Program-made: the position numbers and the translations under genes
Assembly: GCA_943908385.1 (NCBI GenBank)
Contig: CALTTF010000002.1
Coordinates: 4,526 to 68,525 of the forward strand
Length of the DNA stretch: 64,000 nt
Origin: an uncultured Corynebacterium sp.
Lineage (GTDB): Bacteria; Actinomycetota; Actinomycetes; Mycobacteriales; Mycobacteriaceae
Direction of reading: 5' to 3'
Notes under the pieces: generated by a model
Databases searched by the model: none
What the model was told of the DNA's origin: nothing
What the model saw: the letters and a program-made list of their open reading frames with translations, nothing else
In this document: in pieces, positions 11,542-22,567 of the stretch
How the letters are laid out: each line of letters starts with the position of its first letter
Position numbering within the stretch: position 1 is the first letter of the stretch

Positions 11542-11663
11542 CTTGTCCCCCCGAACAAGTCCCCGATATCTAGCGCAATGTGTGCTGCGTAACCCATTGT
11601 GCCCTGCCTCGCACGCGGGCGCTCGGGTTCGTTGCGCACTGTAGTGCGCAACTTGTGCGAAAT

Positions 11664-14600
11664 TTACCGCACGCGCGTGCCCACGGCGGAGACGCTGCGA
11701 ATGACGGCGGCGTTGTCCTCTCCCCCGCTGAAGGCGACGACGAGGCCGGTCGCGGCGGCGGTGCCCTCGGCGATCTCGATGCTGGTGCGGCCGTCCTTCA
11801 GGCTGCCGTTGGTGAGAATGCGCAGGTGGTTGACGTTGGTGGCGTCGGCAGTGGCCTCGTCGACGGCGTAGACGGTGTAGTCCAGGCCGGCTGCCGTGGT
11901 GGAGTCGATGTTGATCTCCTCCGGCACGAACGGAAAGCCGTTGTCGGGCGTGAACAGGATCTTCTCCCCTGCCTTGGCGGAGGCGGCGGTGGTGTCGTCG
12001 CCGTCGACAAGCGCGGCGAAGTCCGTGGTCCTCTCCTCGCTGGCGTCCTCGCCCCACGAGGTGGCGGTGAGCGGCGCGATGATGACCGGGAGCGTGCCCA
12101 TGGGCGCGTTCTCGATGCCTTCGGAGACTTGCTCGGCGCCGTCGCGCGCGGATTCGTTGGTGATCGGTGAATCGGCGCGGTTGCTGAACGTGCCCACGAG
12201 GTAGACCGTCAGCGCGGCGACGAGCACGACTGCCGTGATCGCCACGGCGACGAGTCCGGCGGTGCCCAGCGCGCCGACGCCACGCTCACCGAAGCCGCCC
12301 CTCTTCACGGTGTTCTCGGCGACTGCCTGTTCGTGCAGCTCGTCCTGTTCCGGCCGCTGCACGAGCGGCGCGGGCGCGGCGCCCGTGTGCGCGATCTCCG
12401 TCAGGGACTGCCCGATGGCGCTGTAGTCGGGCTCCTCCTCGCGCGCGGCGGCGGTCAGTGGTGCGAGTGCGTCGGTCTCAGCGGAGCCGGCCAGAAGCTC
12501 GAGGGCAAAGGCGTAGGCGGAGGCGTCGGCCTCCGCGTCGGCATCGGGCAGGACGGCCGGGAAGGCCAGCACCACGGTGCCGTCGTCGCTGACGCGCATG
12601 CGGTTGCGGTTGTCCAGGCCGAGCAGCACGCCGTTGTCGCGCGCCTGCGCCATGGCGCCGGTCAGGGGGATCATGGAGGAGGCGACGGCGCCGTCGAGAA
12701 GCGTCGCGCCTGAATCGGCGACAGTCTTGAGGTCCGAGCCCGGCACCCAGTCCGCGACGACGACGCAGCCGGTGCGGTAGCGGATCGTCTCCAGCACCGG
12801 TGCGACGGCCGGCAGGTTGAGGGCGGCCAGCTGGTTCGTGCGGTGGCAGATGCCGGCGGCGTCGATCGCGGCCTGGCGCGGGGTGACCGGTGCCATGGGG
12901 GCGGCGCCGCACGTGTCCACGAATGTCAGCGCCACCATGCGGCCGGTGGCCTGCTCGCGCGCCTGCCAGAAGCGGGCGGAGCTGGACGCTCCGTAGTCGC
13001 GCAGGAGGCGGAACCGGCCGTCGGAGACAGCCGCGCCGGGCACGAGGCGGGGGCCGCGCACCACGCCGGCGGACATCGGCGGCGGGACGGGCGAGGTGTT
13101 GAAGGTGTCGGAGCCGAGGAACTGCGGGTCCACGCCGGTGCCTCCTGCGATGTCGTCGGACGGGCTGGTGCGCACGATGCGGCGCAGACCCGGCACGCGT
13201 GCGAGCACCGCGCCGAGGCTCTTCACTTCGGGGAGTCTGGAGAAGGACAGGGCGATGCCTGTGGCGATCACGAAGACGACGCCGAGAATGAGGATCTCCA
13301 GCAGCAGGCCGAAGGAATCGCGGCGCCCCAGGGCCGCCGCCAGGCCCGGCATGCCTCCCGGGATGAGGCGCAGCATAAAGCGCGCGAGCATCGCCGCGGC
13401 CAAGCCGACGACGCCGGCGGCGGCCGCCCACACGGAGGTGTGCAGGACCGAGGCGAAGCGCAGCGAGCCCAGCTTGCGGTGCAGTAGGAATGCGCCGATG
13501 ACCGCGCCGGCGATGAAGCCGAAGCCGTTGGCCGCGCCGAGCAGCACGACGACCTGGTCGGGACGCGACGCCACCGTCGGCGCGAGGCTAGCCAGCACGA
13601 CCTTGGTCAGCGTGATGCCCGCGATGATGAAGGTCGGCGTCCACGCCTCCTCGCGGGCGTAGAAGACGCGCAGGTGCAGCATCACCAGTGCGTACGGGAT
13701 GAGCGTGAACGCGGCGAAACTCAGGGTCAGGCCGAGTGTGCGGGCCTCTTGGTTGGTGAAGTTGCCGTAGCCGAACAGCGCGTTACCGATGTCGGGGCCC
13801 AGCGCCGTCATGAAGATGATGATCGGGATCAGCGCGATGAAGGTCAGCTTCGTGCCCAGCGTCAGGTCGCGGACCACGGCCTCGTCGTCGCCGTCGGCCG
13901 CGTTGCGGGACAGCCGCGGCATGATCGCCGTCAGCAGGGTCACGCCCACGATGCCGTACGGCACCTGGAGGAGCTGCCAGTGCTGCATGTAGATGACCGG
14001 TGCCGAACCGTCGACGCCCGACGCGATGCGGTTATTGATGATGTAGCCCGCCTGCGAGATCGCCACATACGTGACGATCGCCAGGGCCATCCCGCCGAAC
14101 TGCTTTAGGCGCTCGTCGATGCCCCACAGCGGCCGCAGGTCGATCTTCAACCGGCGAAGCGCCGGCAGCATGATCAGGCACTGCACCGCCACGCCCAGCG
14201 TGGTGCCCAGGCCCAGCAGCAGGATGTGCGGGTCGGTGACCCCGGTGTGTTGCTTCGGGTCGAGCTCGCCGGGCAGGACCATGTAGAGGATCATCACGCC
14301 GATGGAGACCAGGTTGTTCGCCACCGGCGCCCATGCCCCGGGCCGGAACACTTCCTTGGTGTTCAATATGGCCATGAACAGGGAGAACAGGCCGTAGAAC
14401 ATGATCTGCGGCAGCAGCAGGTAGGCGAACGATGTCGCCTGCACCAGGTTGACGTGCCCGTCTTCGTCGAGCATGAGCTCGGTGAGCAGCGGCGCCCCGA
14501 TCACCGTGACCAGCGTGACCGCGGTCAGCAGCGTCACCGTCAGCGTGAACAGGCGCCGGATGAAGGCCGCGCCGCGGTCAGGGTCTTCCTTCTCCGCGCG

Positions 14601-14858
14601 CACGAGCACCGGCACCACCAGTGCGGTGAGCACCGAGCCGAGCACGATCTCCGTGATCATGTTCGGCAGCGTGTTCGCCGTGTTGAACGCCGACGCCACC
14701 GCGCCGCCGAGCGCGGAGGTGATCATCACCGTGCGGATGAAGCCGGTGATGCGCGACATCAGCGTCGCCACCGCCATGGAGCCGGTGGAGCGGACGACGG
14801 ATTTATCGCTCGTCGTCTTCTGCTCCCCCGTCTTCTGCTCCGTCGTCGGTTCCGCCAT
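11664..14858 (-). CDS. murJ: Lipid II flippase MurJ/MviN with pseudokinase and extracellular domains
   Basis: STGSMAVATLMSRITGF, ANTLPNMITEIVLG, many TM helices, then RGPRLVPGAAVSDGRFRLL kinase-homology domain. Confidence 0.95.
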   Translation of the reverse strand: MAEPTTEQKTGEQKTTSDKSVVRSTGSMAVATLMSRITGFIRTVMITSALGGAVASAFNTANTLPNMITEIVLGSVLTALVVPVLVRAEKEDPDRGAAFIRRLFTLTVTLLTAVTLVTVIGAPLLTELMLDEDGHVNLVQATSFAYLLLPQIMFYGLFSLFMAILNTKEVFRPGAWAPVANNLVSIGVMILYMVLPGELDPKQHTGVTDPHILLLGLGTTLGVAVQCLIMLPALRRLKIDLRPLWGIDERLKQFGGMALAIVTYVAISQAGYIINNRIASGVDGSAPVIYMQHWQLLQVPYGIVGVTLLTAIMPRLSRNAADGDDEAVVRDLTLGTKLTFIALIPIIIFMTALGPDIGNALFGYGNFTNQEARTLGLTLSFAAFTLIPYALVMLHLRVFYAREEAWTPTFIIAGITLTKVVLASLAPTVASRPDQVVVLLGAANGFGFIAGAVIGAFLLHRKLGSLRFASVLHTSVWAAAAGVVGLAAAMLARFMLRLIPGGMPGLAAALGRRDSFGLLLEILILGVVFVIATGIALSFSRLPEVKSLGAVLARVPGLRRIVRTSPSDDIAGGTGVDPQFLGSDTFNTSPVPPPMSAGVVRGPRLVPGAAVSDGRFRLLRDYGASSSARFWQAREQATGRMVALTFVDTCGAAPMAPVTPRQAAIDAAGICHRTNQLAALNLPAVAPVLETIRYRTGCVVVADWVPGSDLKTVADSGATLLDGAVASSMIPLTGAMAQARDNGVLLGLDNRNRMRVSDDGTVVLAFPAVLPDADAEADASAYAFALELLAGSAETDALAPLTAAAREEEPDYSAIGQSLTEIAHTGAAPAPLVQRPEQDELHEQAVAENTVKRGGFGERGVGALGTAGLVAVAITAVVLVAALTVYLVGTFSNRADSPITNESARDGAEQVSEGIENAPMGTLPVIIAPLTATSWGEDASEERTTDFAALVDGDDTTAASAKAGEKILFTPDNGFPFVPEEINIDSTTAAGLDYTVYAVDEATADATNVNHLRILTNGSLKDGRTSIEIAEGTAAATGLVVAFSGGEDNAAVIRSVSAVGTRVR

Positions 14859-14912
14859 ACACACTCCAAGTCTTGAGAATCCCAGGGTCGGGAATTCTGG
14901 GTCAAGGGTATG

Positions 14913-17372
14913 TTAGTCGGCCCGCCGCGAATCTCTATCTCGTCGGCGTTTCCCGAACTGCGCGAGAACAGCGAGCACGAACAGGCCCGCCAGCAACGAG
15001 ATGAGCACCCAATTGCTTATCGACGCCCCCGCCGTCTGCACCCCGATCTCCACCGGCTGCGAAATCGCCTGGTTCTGCGGGGTGGCCAGGAACAGCTGCA
15101 GGTCGGTGCGTTCCGAGTCCGACGGCAGGTCCGCCGTCATCTGCAGCGTGAGCGAGCCCCGCGCCGGGATGCGGAATTCGGTCGGAGTGTGCAGCTTCGC
15201 GCCGTCCGGCCCGTGGTAGAGGATCGTCGCGTCCACTGGAAGCGGGAGACCGTTCTGCGCCACGATGAACAGCGGCGACGACGCGGATGTGCGCGTGTAC
15301 ACATTTCCCGGCGGGATGAGCGCGATCGACGACCGCAGCGCCGCCAGCGTGTCCCGGCCGCTGTTGAGTCGCTCGCGCGTGCGCTTCTCCGCCTCCGTGT
15401 AGCCGGCGTACGCCCGCCGGCCGTTCACCGTCAGCGCCGTGAGCAGATCCGTGCGCAGCGGCAGCGTGTACCCGTACCGCGTCAGAGCGATCGCCTCGTC
15501 GTTGGCCAACAGCGCCGTCAGGTCGTTGATGAAGCGCGCTTGCTGCCCGGAATTGAGCACCTCGGTGTCCGTGAGTTCGCCCGGGTCGCTTTCAGGGACG
15601 CCCAGCTTATCGACGTCCCCCTGCCCCACGTCCCCCTGCTTTTCCGCATAATCCTCCAGGGACATGGGTGCCGCAGTCTTCTCCCCGAACAGCGCCTCCA
15701 CCGTCGACATCACTGCCGCGGCCGTGGAGGCCTCCCACGTCGCGGGCGGGTTCACCAGGGTGGGGTTCTGCTCTCCGGCGCTTCCCGCCGCAGTGCGCAC
15801 CGCCGTCGTCGCCGTCAGGTCGCGCGCTGCCACCGAGTCGAGCGTGAAGTCGTAGCGCAGGAGTTCGTCGGAGTAACCCGGCGTCTCCGGCAACGGACCC
15901 GTCGCCGCCAATGTCGCCGCCAGCCCGTTATCGAAGGTCACCGCCGTGATGCCCGGGGTGAGGTCGGCGAACCGCTGGTTGGGATCCGTCGTAGCGACCG
16001 TGTTGTCCGCCACCAGCACCCGCACGTCCTCCTGCGGCGCCGGTGCTGCTACGTCAGCGGTATTCGGTAGCGCCGGGTTGTCCAGGTTGGAGCGCTGCTC
16101 CCCCTCGACGCGGCCGCCGGGGGCCTCCGCGTCCTTGGACTGCGCCTTCTGCTCGAGCTCCCATTGGGTGTGCATGCCCGTGGTGGGCAGATCGGATGTG
16201 CTGAGGTCCGCCCAGCCCATGCCCGGCGCGGATTCCGGGGTGATGTATCCCGCGCCGGGCACCACCACGTTGCGCACCACCGGCGTGTCGAGGATCCGCT
16301 CGGCGGTGAAGGGACCGCGCTCCAGCGCCTCGCGCATGAGCCATGTGTCGCCGGTGCGCGCCACTGCGTTCAGGTCCGCATTCGCCCAGGGCAGCGCGAC
16401 AGCGCAATTGTCCTTCGCGGCGCCGCGAAGCTTCTCGAGCCATGCCGCTGCGTCCTCGGTTCCCGTGCCCTCCTCGGCGCCTTCGCCCGAGTCGTCGCCG
16501 CCCCACGAATCGCGCAGGCGTTTCCGGTTCAGCCCCGGCGAGGGCCTGTCGTTGTCCACGGTGTAGCCCTGCGTCATCCGCTCGACGGCGTCGAGCAGCG
16601 CCGGGTCGACTGCCAGGCACGTCGAATCGCGCACGCCGCCGTCCTCCGTCGCTTCCGCGTACGTGTCCACCAGCTCGTCGAGGCGCCCGCCCGGCGCGAG
16701 CTGCCCGGCCAGGTCCTCCGACTTCAGGATCAGCGGCGGACGGTTCGGCGCCTCCCCCGTCTCCCCCGGCACGATGTCCACCGGAGCGGAGATCGGGAAC
16801 AGCACGCTCATCCCGGCTGGGTTTGTTGCTTCTGCTTCATTCCCCGACTCAGGCGCCTCCCCCATGACCGCCATGTGCCAGCGTTCCGTGTCCAGCGCCG
16901 CGCCGTCTTGCCCCAGGACAAGCATCATGGGGAAGCTGCTGGTGAACGGTTGCTTCTGCGTGGGGATCGTGACCTTGACCTCGGTCTCCTCCCCCTTCGC
17001 CAGCTCCGGGACGTCCACCTCGTCGCCCGCCGAGTGGTACTCGGACACCGACGCCACACTCGCCGCCCGGGCATCCGCCACCGATCCCGACGCCGGTCCG
17101 CGCAGCGGCGCGATGGTGAGGCCGGCGATATCCGCGTCAGATTCATTCCTGACACGCACAGTGACGGACAGGGGGTTGCCGGAAGGGACGGTGGCCGGTG
17201 CGTCGATAAGCGAAAGCGTGATTCCCTGCTGCCCGTCGTCGGGGCGGATCTGCGCGTTGATCCACTCGTGCGCGACGGCGGGATCGTTCGGGTCGACGGG
17301 GACGGGCTGGGCCGCGCATGAGAGCACCGCCGCGGCGAGCACCGCGGCTGCCCGATGCGTGCGCCGGCCCAT
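14913..17372 (-). CDS. Large secreted/membrane-anchored protein (conserved actinobacterial gene upstream of murJ)
   Basis: Signal-like N-terminus [26 protein letters not shown] motif, C-terminal TM plus basic tail; coupled to the NUDIX stop. Confidence 0.8.
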   Translation of the reverse strand: MGRRTHRAAAVLAAAVLSCAAQPVPVDPNDPAVAHEWINAQIRPDDGQQGITLSLIDAPATVPSGNPLSVTVRVRNESDADIAGLTIAPLRGPASGSVADARAASVASVSEYHSAGDEVDVPELAKGEETEVKVTIPTQKQPFTSSFPMMLVLGQDGAALDTERWHMAVMGEAPESGNEAEATNPAGMSVLFPISAPVDIVPGETGEAPNRPPLILKSEDLAGQLAPGGRLDELVDTYAEATEDGGVRDSTCLAVDPALLDAVERMTQGYTVDNDRPSPGLNRKRLRDSWGGDDSGEGAEEGTGTEDAAAWLEKLRGAAKDNCAVALPWANADLNAVARTGDTWLMREALERGPFTAERILDTPVVRNVVVPGAGYITPESAPGMGWADLSTSDLPTTGMHTQWELEQKAQSKDAEAPGGRVEGEQRSNLDNPALPNTADVAAPAPQEDVRVLVADNTVATTDPNQRFADLTPGITAVTFDNGLAATLAATGPLPETPGYSDELLRYDFTLDSVAARDLTATTAVRTAAGSAGEQNPTLVNPPATWEASTAAAVMSTVEALFGEKTAAPMSLEDYAEKQGDVGQGDVDKLGVPESDPGELTDTEVLNSGQQARFINDLTALLANDEAIALTRYGYTLPLRTDLLTALTVNGRRAYAGYTEAEKRTRERLNSGRDTLAALRSSIALIPPGNVYTRTSASSPLFIVAQNGLPLPVDATILYHGPDGAKLHTPTEFRIPARGSLTLQMTADLPSDSERTDLQLFLATPQNQAISQPVEIGVQTAGASISNWVLISLLAGLFVLAVLAQFGKRRRDRDSRRAD

Positions 17373-18220
17373 CACCGCGGGGTGGTCCTTCCCGCTTCCT
17401 TCTCCGCGCGTGCGAGCTCCGGCATCTTGTCGAAGGCGATGCGCGCCAGCTTGCGCTCGTCCGCGTACGCCAAATGTTCGATCAGCTCGCTGACCGGAAC
17501 CCACGCCACCTCGGTGACCTCCGGGTCCTCGTCGTTGAGCACCCCGTCGATATAGCGCAGCAGGTTGTGGTGGACCGTCTTGTGGATGCGCACCCCGTCG
17601 GAGACGAACCAGTAATCGATCACGCCCAGCTCGGCGAACGGCTCCCCGAAGATGCCTGTTTCCTCCCACACCTCGCGGCGCGCGGTGTCCCACTGGTGCT
17701 CGTTCGGCTCGACGTGGCCCTTCGGCATGGACCACAGCAAACGCCCGCGCCTGTCTAGACGGCCGATGAGCGCGACGTAGATCTGCGACATGTCCACGGA
17801 ACCGTCGTGCGCGACAGCCTCCGCCATGCCCGAAACGACGAGGCCGCCTGCGCTCGTCTCGTCGCGGGTCTCCATATTCTGCGACGCGTACTGCGCATTC
17901 CTGTTGGACGGCTTGCGGTACCTGCTTCCTCGGTTATTCCGCTGATTCCCGCGGTTGCCGCGCTGGTTTCCCCTGTTACCCCGCTGATTCCCGCGTTGGT
18001 TATTGCGCTGGTTGTTGCTGCCTCCGCGGCGGCGACGGCGGTTGTTTTTCTGGCCCTGTTTATTCCCCTGTTTTGCCTGGGCCTTGTTTTCCTTATTGTT
18101 TTCCTTATTCTCCTGGCTTTCCCGATTCCCCTGGTTTCCCTGGCTGCCCTGGGCGTGGCTCGACGCGCGTCGGCGGCGTTTGCGCCTGCGCGTGTTGTTC
18201 TGCGGGGTTTCGTGAGCCAT
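17372..18220 (-). CDS. NUDIX hydrolase (MutT4/RppH-like) with low-complexity N-terminus
   Basis: ETSAGGLVV and Nudix box [24 protein letters not shown]; start ATG 18220 inferred. Confidence 0.9.
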   Translation of the reverse strand: MAHETPQNNTRRRKRRRRASSHAQGSQGNQGNRESQENKENNKENKAQAKQGNKQGQKNNRRRRRGGSNNQRNNQRGNQRGNRGNQRGNRGNQRNNRGSRYRKPSNRNAQYASQNMETRDETSAGGLVVSGMAEAVAHDGSVDMSQIYVALIGRLDRRGRLLWSMPKGHVEPNEHQWDTARREVWEETGIFGEPFAELGVIDYWFVSDGVRIHKTVHHNLLRYIDGVLNDEDPEVTEVAWVPVSELIEHLAYADERKLARIAFDKMPELARAEKEAGRTTPR

Positions 18221-18315
18221 CTCTTGAATGGTATCGGTCCGCGGTGACCATGTGGTACTTGAGTTGAGCTTATGGCTGCTTCGGGTGGCTTGCGTGGGGC
18301 TGTAAGGTTGGGCGG

Positions 18316-19833
18316 GTGACCACCCAGAACAGCAGCGCGACCCCGTCCACCGACCCGGCGGAGCTGTTCGACCTGCCGGAGAAGGGCGATCCGACAGCAT
18401 TCATCGCCTTGCTTGCGCGGGCGGAAAGCGCCGTGGGAGAGCTCGCCGACCTGCTTGGACCGCTCGCCGCCGCGTTCGCGGCTGAGGGCGAGTCGCTGTT
18501 TCTCGTCGGCGGTCCGGTGCGCGACGCGATGCTGGGGCGCCTCGGCCACGACCTCGACTTCACCACCTCGGCCCGCCCGGAGACGATCAAGGCGATCCTG
18601 ACCGAGTGGGGCGAGGCCGTGTGGGACACCGGAATCGAATTCGGCACTGTATCCACTGTGAAGGACGGCCAGCAGGTGGAGGTGACCACGTTCCGCGCCG
18701 ATCTCTATGACGGCGTCACCCGTAACCCCGAGGTCACCTTCGGCGACACCATCGAGGGCGATCTCGTCCGCCGCGATTTCCGTGCGAACGCGATGGCGAT
18801 CGAACTCCTGCCCGCCGACGACGGCACGTTGTCGCTCGACTTCCACGATCCCGTTGACGGGCTCAAGGATCTGCTGAACCGAACCCTGGACACCCCGCAG
18901 GCGCCCGAGGTGAGCTTCCGCGACGACCCGCTGCGCATGCTGCGCGCCGCCCGGTTCGTCTCCCAGCTCGGCTTCACCGTCAGCCCGCGCGTCAAGTTGG
19001 CGATGACGGAGATGGCCTCCGAGATCAACCGCATCACCGTCGAGCGCGTCCAGTCTGAGCTGGACAAACTCATGCTCGGCATCCAGCCGTGGGAGGGCAT
19101 CGACCTGCTCGTCGAAACCGGCTTGGCCGGGCACATTCTGCCTGAAATTCCCGCGCTCCAGCTCGAACGCGACGAGCACATGCAGCACAAGGACGTCTAC
19201 GCGCACTCGCTCACCGTGCTGCGCCAGGCCACGGAGCTCGAGGATGAGGGCCCGGATCTGAAGTTGCGGTGGGCGGCGCTCATGCACGACATCGGCAAGC
19301 CGGACACGCGCGAGCTCAAGCCCGGCGGCGGCGTTTCCTTCCACCATCACGAGGTCGTGGGCGCGAAGCTCACCCGCAAGCGCATGCGCAAGCTGAAGTA
19401 CCCGAAGCACGTCATCGAGGACGTCGGCCAGCTCGTCTACCTGCACATGCGCTTCCACGGTTTCGGCGAGGGCCAGTGGACGGATTCCGCCGTGCGCCGC
19501 TACGTCACAGACGCCGGCGATCTCCTCCCGCGCCTGCACAAGCTCGTGCGCGCCGACTGCACCACGCGCAATCCGAAGAAGGCCGCCCGCTTGCGCCGCA
19601 CCTACGATGAGCTGGAGGAACGCATCGCGGAGATCTCCGCCAAGGAGGACCTCGCCCGCGTGCGCCCGGACCTCGACGGCAACGAGATCATGCGGATTCT
19701 CGACCTCAAACCGGGCCCCGAGGTCGGCAAAGCCTGGAAGTATATGAAGGACTTGCGCCTCGAGCGCGGCGAGCTCGACCACGACGAGGCCGTCGCGGAG
19801 CTCAAGGCTTGGTGGGAGAAGGAAAATGGCTGA
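18316..19833 (+). CDS. CCA tRNA nucleotidyltransferase (HD domain)
   Basis: [45 protein letters not shown]. Confidence 0.95.
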   Translation: MTTQNSSATPSTDPAELFDLPEKGDPTAFIALLARAESAVGELADLLGPLAAAFAAEGESLFLVGGPVRDAMLGRLGHDLDFTTSARPETIKAILTEWGEAVWDTGIEFGTVSTVKDGQQVEVTTFRADLYDGVTRNPEVTFGDTIEGDLVRRDFRANAMAIELLPADDGTLSLDFHDPVDGLKDLLNRTLDTPQAPEVSFRDDPLRMLRAARFVSQLGFTVSPRVKLAMTEMASEINRITVERVQSELDKLMLGIQPWEGIDLLVETGLAGHILPEIPALQLERDEHMQHKDVYAHSLTVLRQATELEDEGPDLKLRWAALMHDIGKPDTRELKPGGGVSFHHHEVVGAKLTRKRMRKLKYPKHVIEDVGQLVYLHMRFHGFGEGQWTDSAVRRYVTDAGDLLPRLHKLVRADCTTRNPKKAARLRRTYDELEERIAEISAKEDLARVRPDLDGNEIMRILDLKPGPEVGKAWKYMKDLRLERGELDHDEAVAELKAWWEKENG

Positions 19834-20434
19834 GTTCTTTTACGCGGACCGCTTGTTCACCGCGCTCGAACGCGAAACGCCAGCGCCCGGAATGCTGCTG
19901 GTCGCCGCCCCAGGCATGCTCGCGGACGACTTCGCGCGCACCGTCATTTTGCTTATCGACGTCTCCCCCGAAGCCACCTTCGGCGTCGTCCTCAACCGCC
20001 GCTCCGAGCTGGCCGTCCACTCCGTTTTGCCCGAATGGCTGCCGCAGGTGGCAAAGCCTCAGGCCCTCTACGTCGGCGGTCCCCTGCGCCCGCAGGCCGC
20101 TATTGCCGTCGGCATGACGTCTTCCGGCACCGTCATTGAGGACCACCCCGAGCTCACCCGCCTGGCCAACCGCCTCGTCCACGTGAACCTGCAGGCCGAA
20201 CCCGAATCCGTCGAGGGTCTTCTCGAGGGAATCCGCGTCTTCTCCGGGTACGCCGAGTGGTCCCCGGGCCAGCTCGACGAGGAGATCGAGCGCGGCGACT
20301 GGTACGTCGCCCCCGCCCTGCCCACCGACGTCATCGCCCCCGCGGCCGCCGACCTGTACAGCGACGTTCTGCGCCGCCAGCCGATGCCCCTGCCCCTCTT
20401 CTCGACCTTTCCCGCCGACCTCGAGGACAACTAG
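19826..20434 (+). CDS. YqgE/AlgH family protein
   Basis: GVVLNR, YVGGP, RVFSGYAEWSPGQLDEEIERGDW. Confidence 0.93.
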   Translation: MAEFFYADRLFTALERETPAPGMLLVAAPGMLADDFARTVILLIDVSPEATFGVVLNRRSELAVHSVLPEWLPQVAKPQALYVGGPLRPQAAIAVGMTSSGTVIEDHPELTRLANRLVHVNLQAEPESVEGLLEGIRVFSGYAEWSPGQLDEEIERGDWYVAPALPTDVIAPAAADLYSDVLRRQPMPLPLFSTFPADLEDN

Positions 20435-20443
20435 CCTCCGTCC

Positions 20444-21175
20444 ATGACCCACGAGACCCGCCACGAAATCCGCGCCGCCCTCAAAGACTTGTGGGTCGTC
20501 GGCCTTGGGCTCATCCCCCTCGGCCTCGCATTCGGTCTGGTCATGACCCAAGCCGGTTTCGCGTGGTGGTGGACGCCCATTTTCTCCGTCGTCATCTATG
20601 CGGGGTCCATGGAATTCCTCGCCGTCCAGCTCGTCTCCGCCGGCGTCGGCCCACTGTCCGCCGCAGTCACCGGGTTCATGGTGAATTTCCGCCACATTTT
20701 CTACGGCCTCACCTTCCCCCGCCACCGCATTTCGTCGCGTCTCGGCCGCGCGTACTCCACATACGCGCTTACCGACGAAACCTACGCCGTCATCTCCTCT
20801 CTTCCCCCCTCCACCCGCTCGACCCTCTCCGGCACCCGCATCCTCACCGTCGAGATCGTCTGCCAGCTTCTCTGGGTCATCCCCGGCATTCTCGGCGCCC
20901 TGCTCGGCGTGGTGATTCCGCCGGAGGTCAAAGGCATGGACTTCGCCCTGACCGCCCTCTTCGTCGTGCTGGCCTACGAGTCCTTCACTTCCAACCGCGA
21001 CTTCTCCCTGCCCCTGACCGCCACCGCGATCGCCATTCTGTTCGCCGTGGTTGCTCCCAGCTGGCTCCTCATGGTCGCCCTGACCGCCTACTTCCTCGTC
21101 CTTCTGCTCCGCTACGCGCTGCCCAATGTCGACCGCGCCCTTGAGCTCCGGCTCGGCCGCGAAGGAGACCAGTAA
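20444..21175 (+). CDS. azlC: AzlC family branched-chain amino acid exporter, large subunit (BrnF-like)
   Basis: IYAGSMEF, VNFRHIFYG, ALTDETYA, GMDFALTALFVVL. Confidence 0.92.
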   Translation: MTHETRHEIRAALKDLWVVGLGLIPLGLAFGLVMTQAGFAWWWTPIFSVVIYAGSMEFLAVQLVSAGVGPLSAAVTGFMVNFRHIFYGLTFPRHRISSRLGRAYSTYALTDETYAVISSLPPSTRSTLSGTRILTVEIVCQLLWVIPGILGALLGVVIPPEVKGMDFALTALFVVLAYESFTSNRDFSLPLTATAIAILFAVVAPSWLLMVALTAYFLVLLLRYALPNVDRALELRLGREGDQ

Positions 21176-21177
21176 TT

Positions 21178-21525
21178 ATGGGCCTTCCCGAAGGCGTCAC
21201 CCTTGCCATGGTCGCCGCCGTCCTCATTCCCGTCGGCATCGTCACCGTTCTCCTGCGCGCCCTCCCCTTCTCCTTCCTGCGCCTGCTCAAGGACAGTCCC
21301 GTCGTCCAGTTCTTCGGCGCGACTATGCCCGTCGGCGTGATGACCGTCCTCGTTGTCTACACAATCGCCTCCATTTCCCGCGATCCTGACATTCCCCACG
21401 GCCTTGCCGCCGCCCTCATCGCAGCCGGAATCACCCTCGCCCTCCATGCCTGGAAGCGCCGCGCCGGCCTGTCCATCCTCACCGGCACCGCCATCTACAT
21501 GCTGCTCATCAATCTGGTGTTCTAA
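21178..21525 (+). CDS. azlD: AzlD family exporter, small subunit (BrnE-like)
   Basis: TVLLRALPF, MPVGVMTVLVVY, SILTGTAIYM; directly follows azlC. Confidence 0.9.
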   Translation: MGLPEGVTLAMVAAVLIPVGIVTVLLRALPFSFLRLLKDSPVVQFFGATMPVGVMTVLVVYTIASISRDPDIPHGLAAALIAAGITLALHAWKRRAGLSILTGTAIYMLLINLVF

Positions 21526-21707
21526 GGTCTCTCCTTCGTAACTTTCTCGTCAGTTTTCGTCAGTTGTAGTAACAACTCGGTTTTGTTCTGCTATTAATCA
21601 AGTGACGCCAATTACATTGGTCGATCATTTTTCACTGGTTCACACCCCGATCATTCAAGTTTCAATCCACAACTGGACATCCCAGTCAACGAAGGAGCCC
21701 ACACATC

Positions 21708-22094
21708 ATGAAGCGCCGTATTGTCGCCGCCGGCCTCGCAGCCGCCACCGCCCTGTCCCTGTCCGTTGCCCCCGCCCAGGCCGCTGAGAATCAAGCGTCG
21801 TCTGAAATCTCCGACACCGAGCTGAAGAGCTACCTGCTGCAACAGGCGGAGAAAGGAAATGTCACCGCTCTTCTGAAGAGGATTTCGATCCGGGAGCACC
21901 AGGACCCGAACTCCGATTCCCCCGCGGCACAGGCTCTCTACAGCTCCCTCCGCAACGATGCCGCCAACAGCTACACGGCCGGTAAGACCCTCAACATTCT
22001 GCTCGGCACCGGTGCCACTGCTTTGATCCTCGCCGGTCTCGGCGGGTTCGCTGTCCAGCAGGGTCTCGTCCAGCTGCCGAAGCTCCCGTTCTAA
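21708..22094 (+). CDS. Secreted/membrane-anchored small protein, paralog 1 of tandem array
   Basis: AAGGAG RBS; Sec signal ending AQA; C-terminal hydrophobic helix plus AVQQGLVQLPKLPF. Confidence 0.85.
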   Translation: MKRRIVAAGLAAATALSLSVAPAQAAENQASSEISDTELKSYLLQQAEKGNVTALLKRISIREHQDPNSDSPAAQALYSSLRNDAANSYTAGKTLNILLGTGATALILAGLGGFAVQQGLVQLPKLPF

Positions 22095-22158
22095 GAAAGC
22101 AGCCGAAATCCTCTTCGTCTTATCTCGATTCCCCTAACCCTCCAAAGGAGCCCTCATC

Positions 22159-22518
22159 ATGAAACGTCGTATGGTCGCTGCCGGCCTCGCAGCAGCCACC
22201 GCCCTGTCCCTGTCCGTTGCTCCGGCTCAAGCCGTAGAGACTTCGTCATACGAGATGATTTGGCGGGGTGCCACGAAGCGCGTCAAGGAAGCTGAAGCTG
22301 CTGGTGATCAAGCCAAAGCGGACCGTATCGAGCGGAACTACCAGAATTTCGAAAAGCTGGCGGATAGCTCGTTCGACAACGATGCAAAGCACGACTATCC
22401 GTGGGGCACGACCTTCGATATTCTCTGGGGCACCGCGCTGGCTCTGACCATCGTCGGTGGCCTGGCTGGGTACGCCGTCCAGCAGGGCCTCGTTCAGCTG
22501 CCGAAGCTCCCGTTCTAG
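22159..22518 (+). CDS. Secreted/membrane-anchored small protein, paralog 2
   Basis: AAGGAG RBS; signal peptide and C-terminus nearly the same as paralogs 1 and 3. Confidence 0.85.
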   Translation: MKRRMVAAGLAAATALSLSVAPAQAVETSSYEMIWRGATKRVKEAEAAGDQAKADRIERNYQNFEKLADSSFDNDAKHDYPWGTTFDILWGTALALTIVGGLAGYAVQQGLVQLPKLPF

Positions 22519-22529
22519 CTACGACTCTC

Positions 22530-22567
22530 AGCCCACCCGGTCAGCTCTGGCCGGGTGGGCTTTTCTT
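22530..22567 (+). terminator. Intrinsic terminator after paralog 2
   Basis: AGCCCACCCGGTCAG-ct-CTGGCCGGGTGGGCT stem followed by TTTCTT. Confidence 0.85.
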
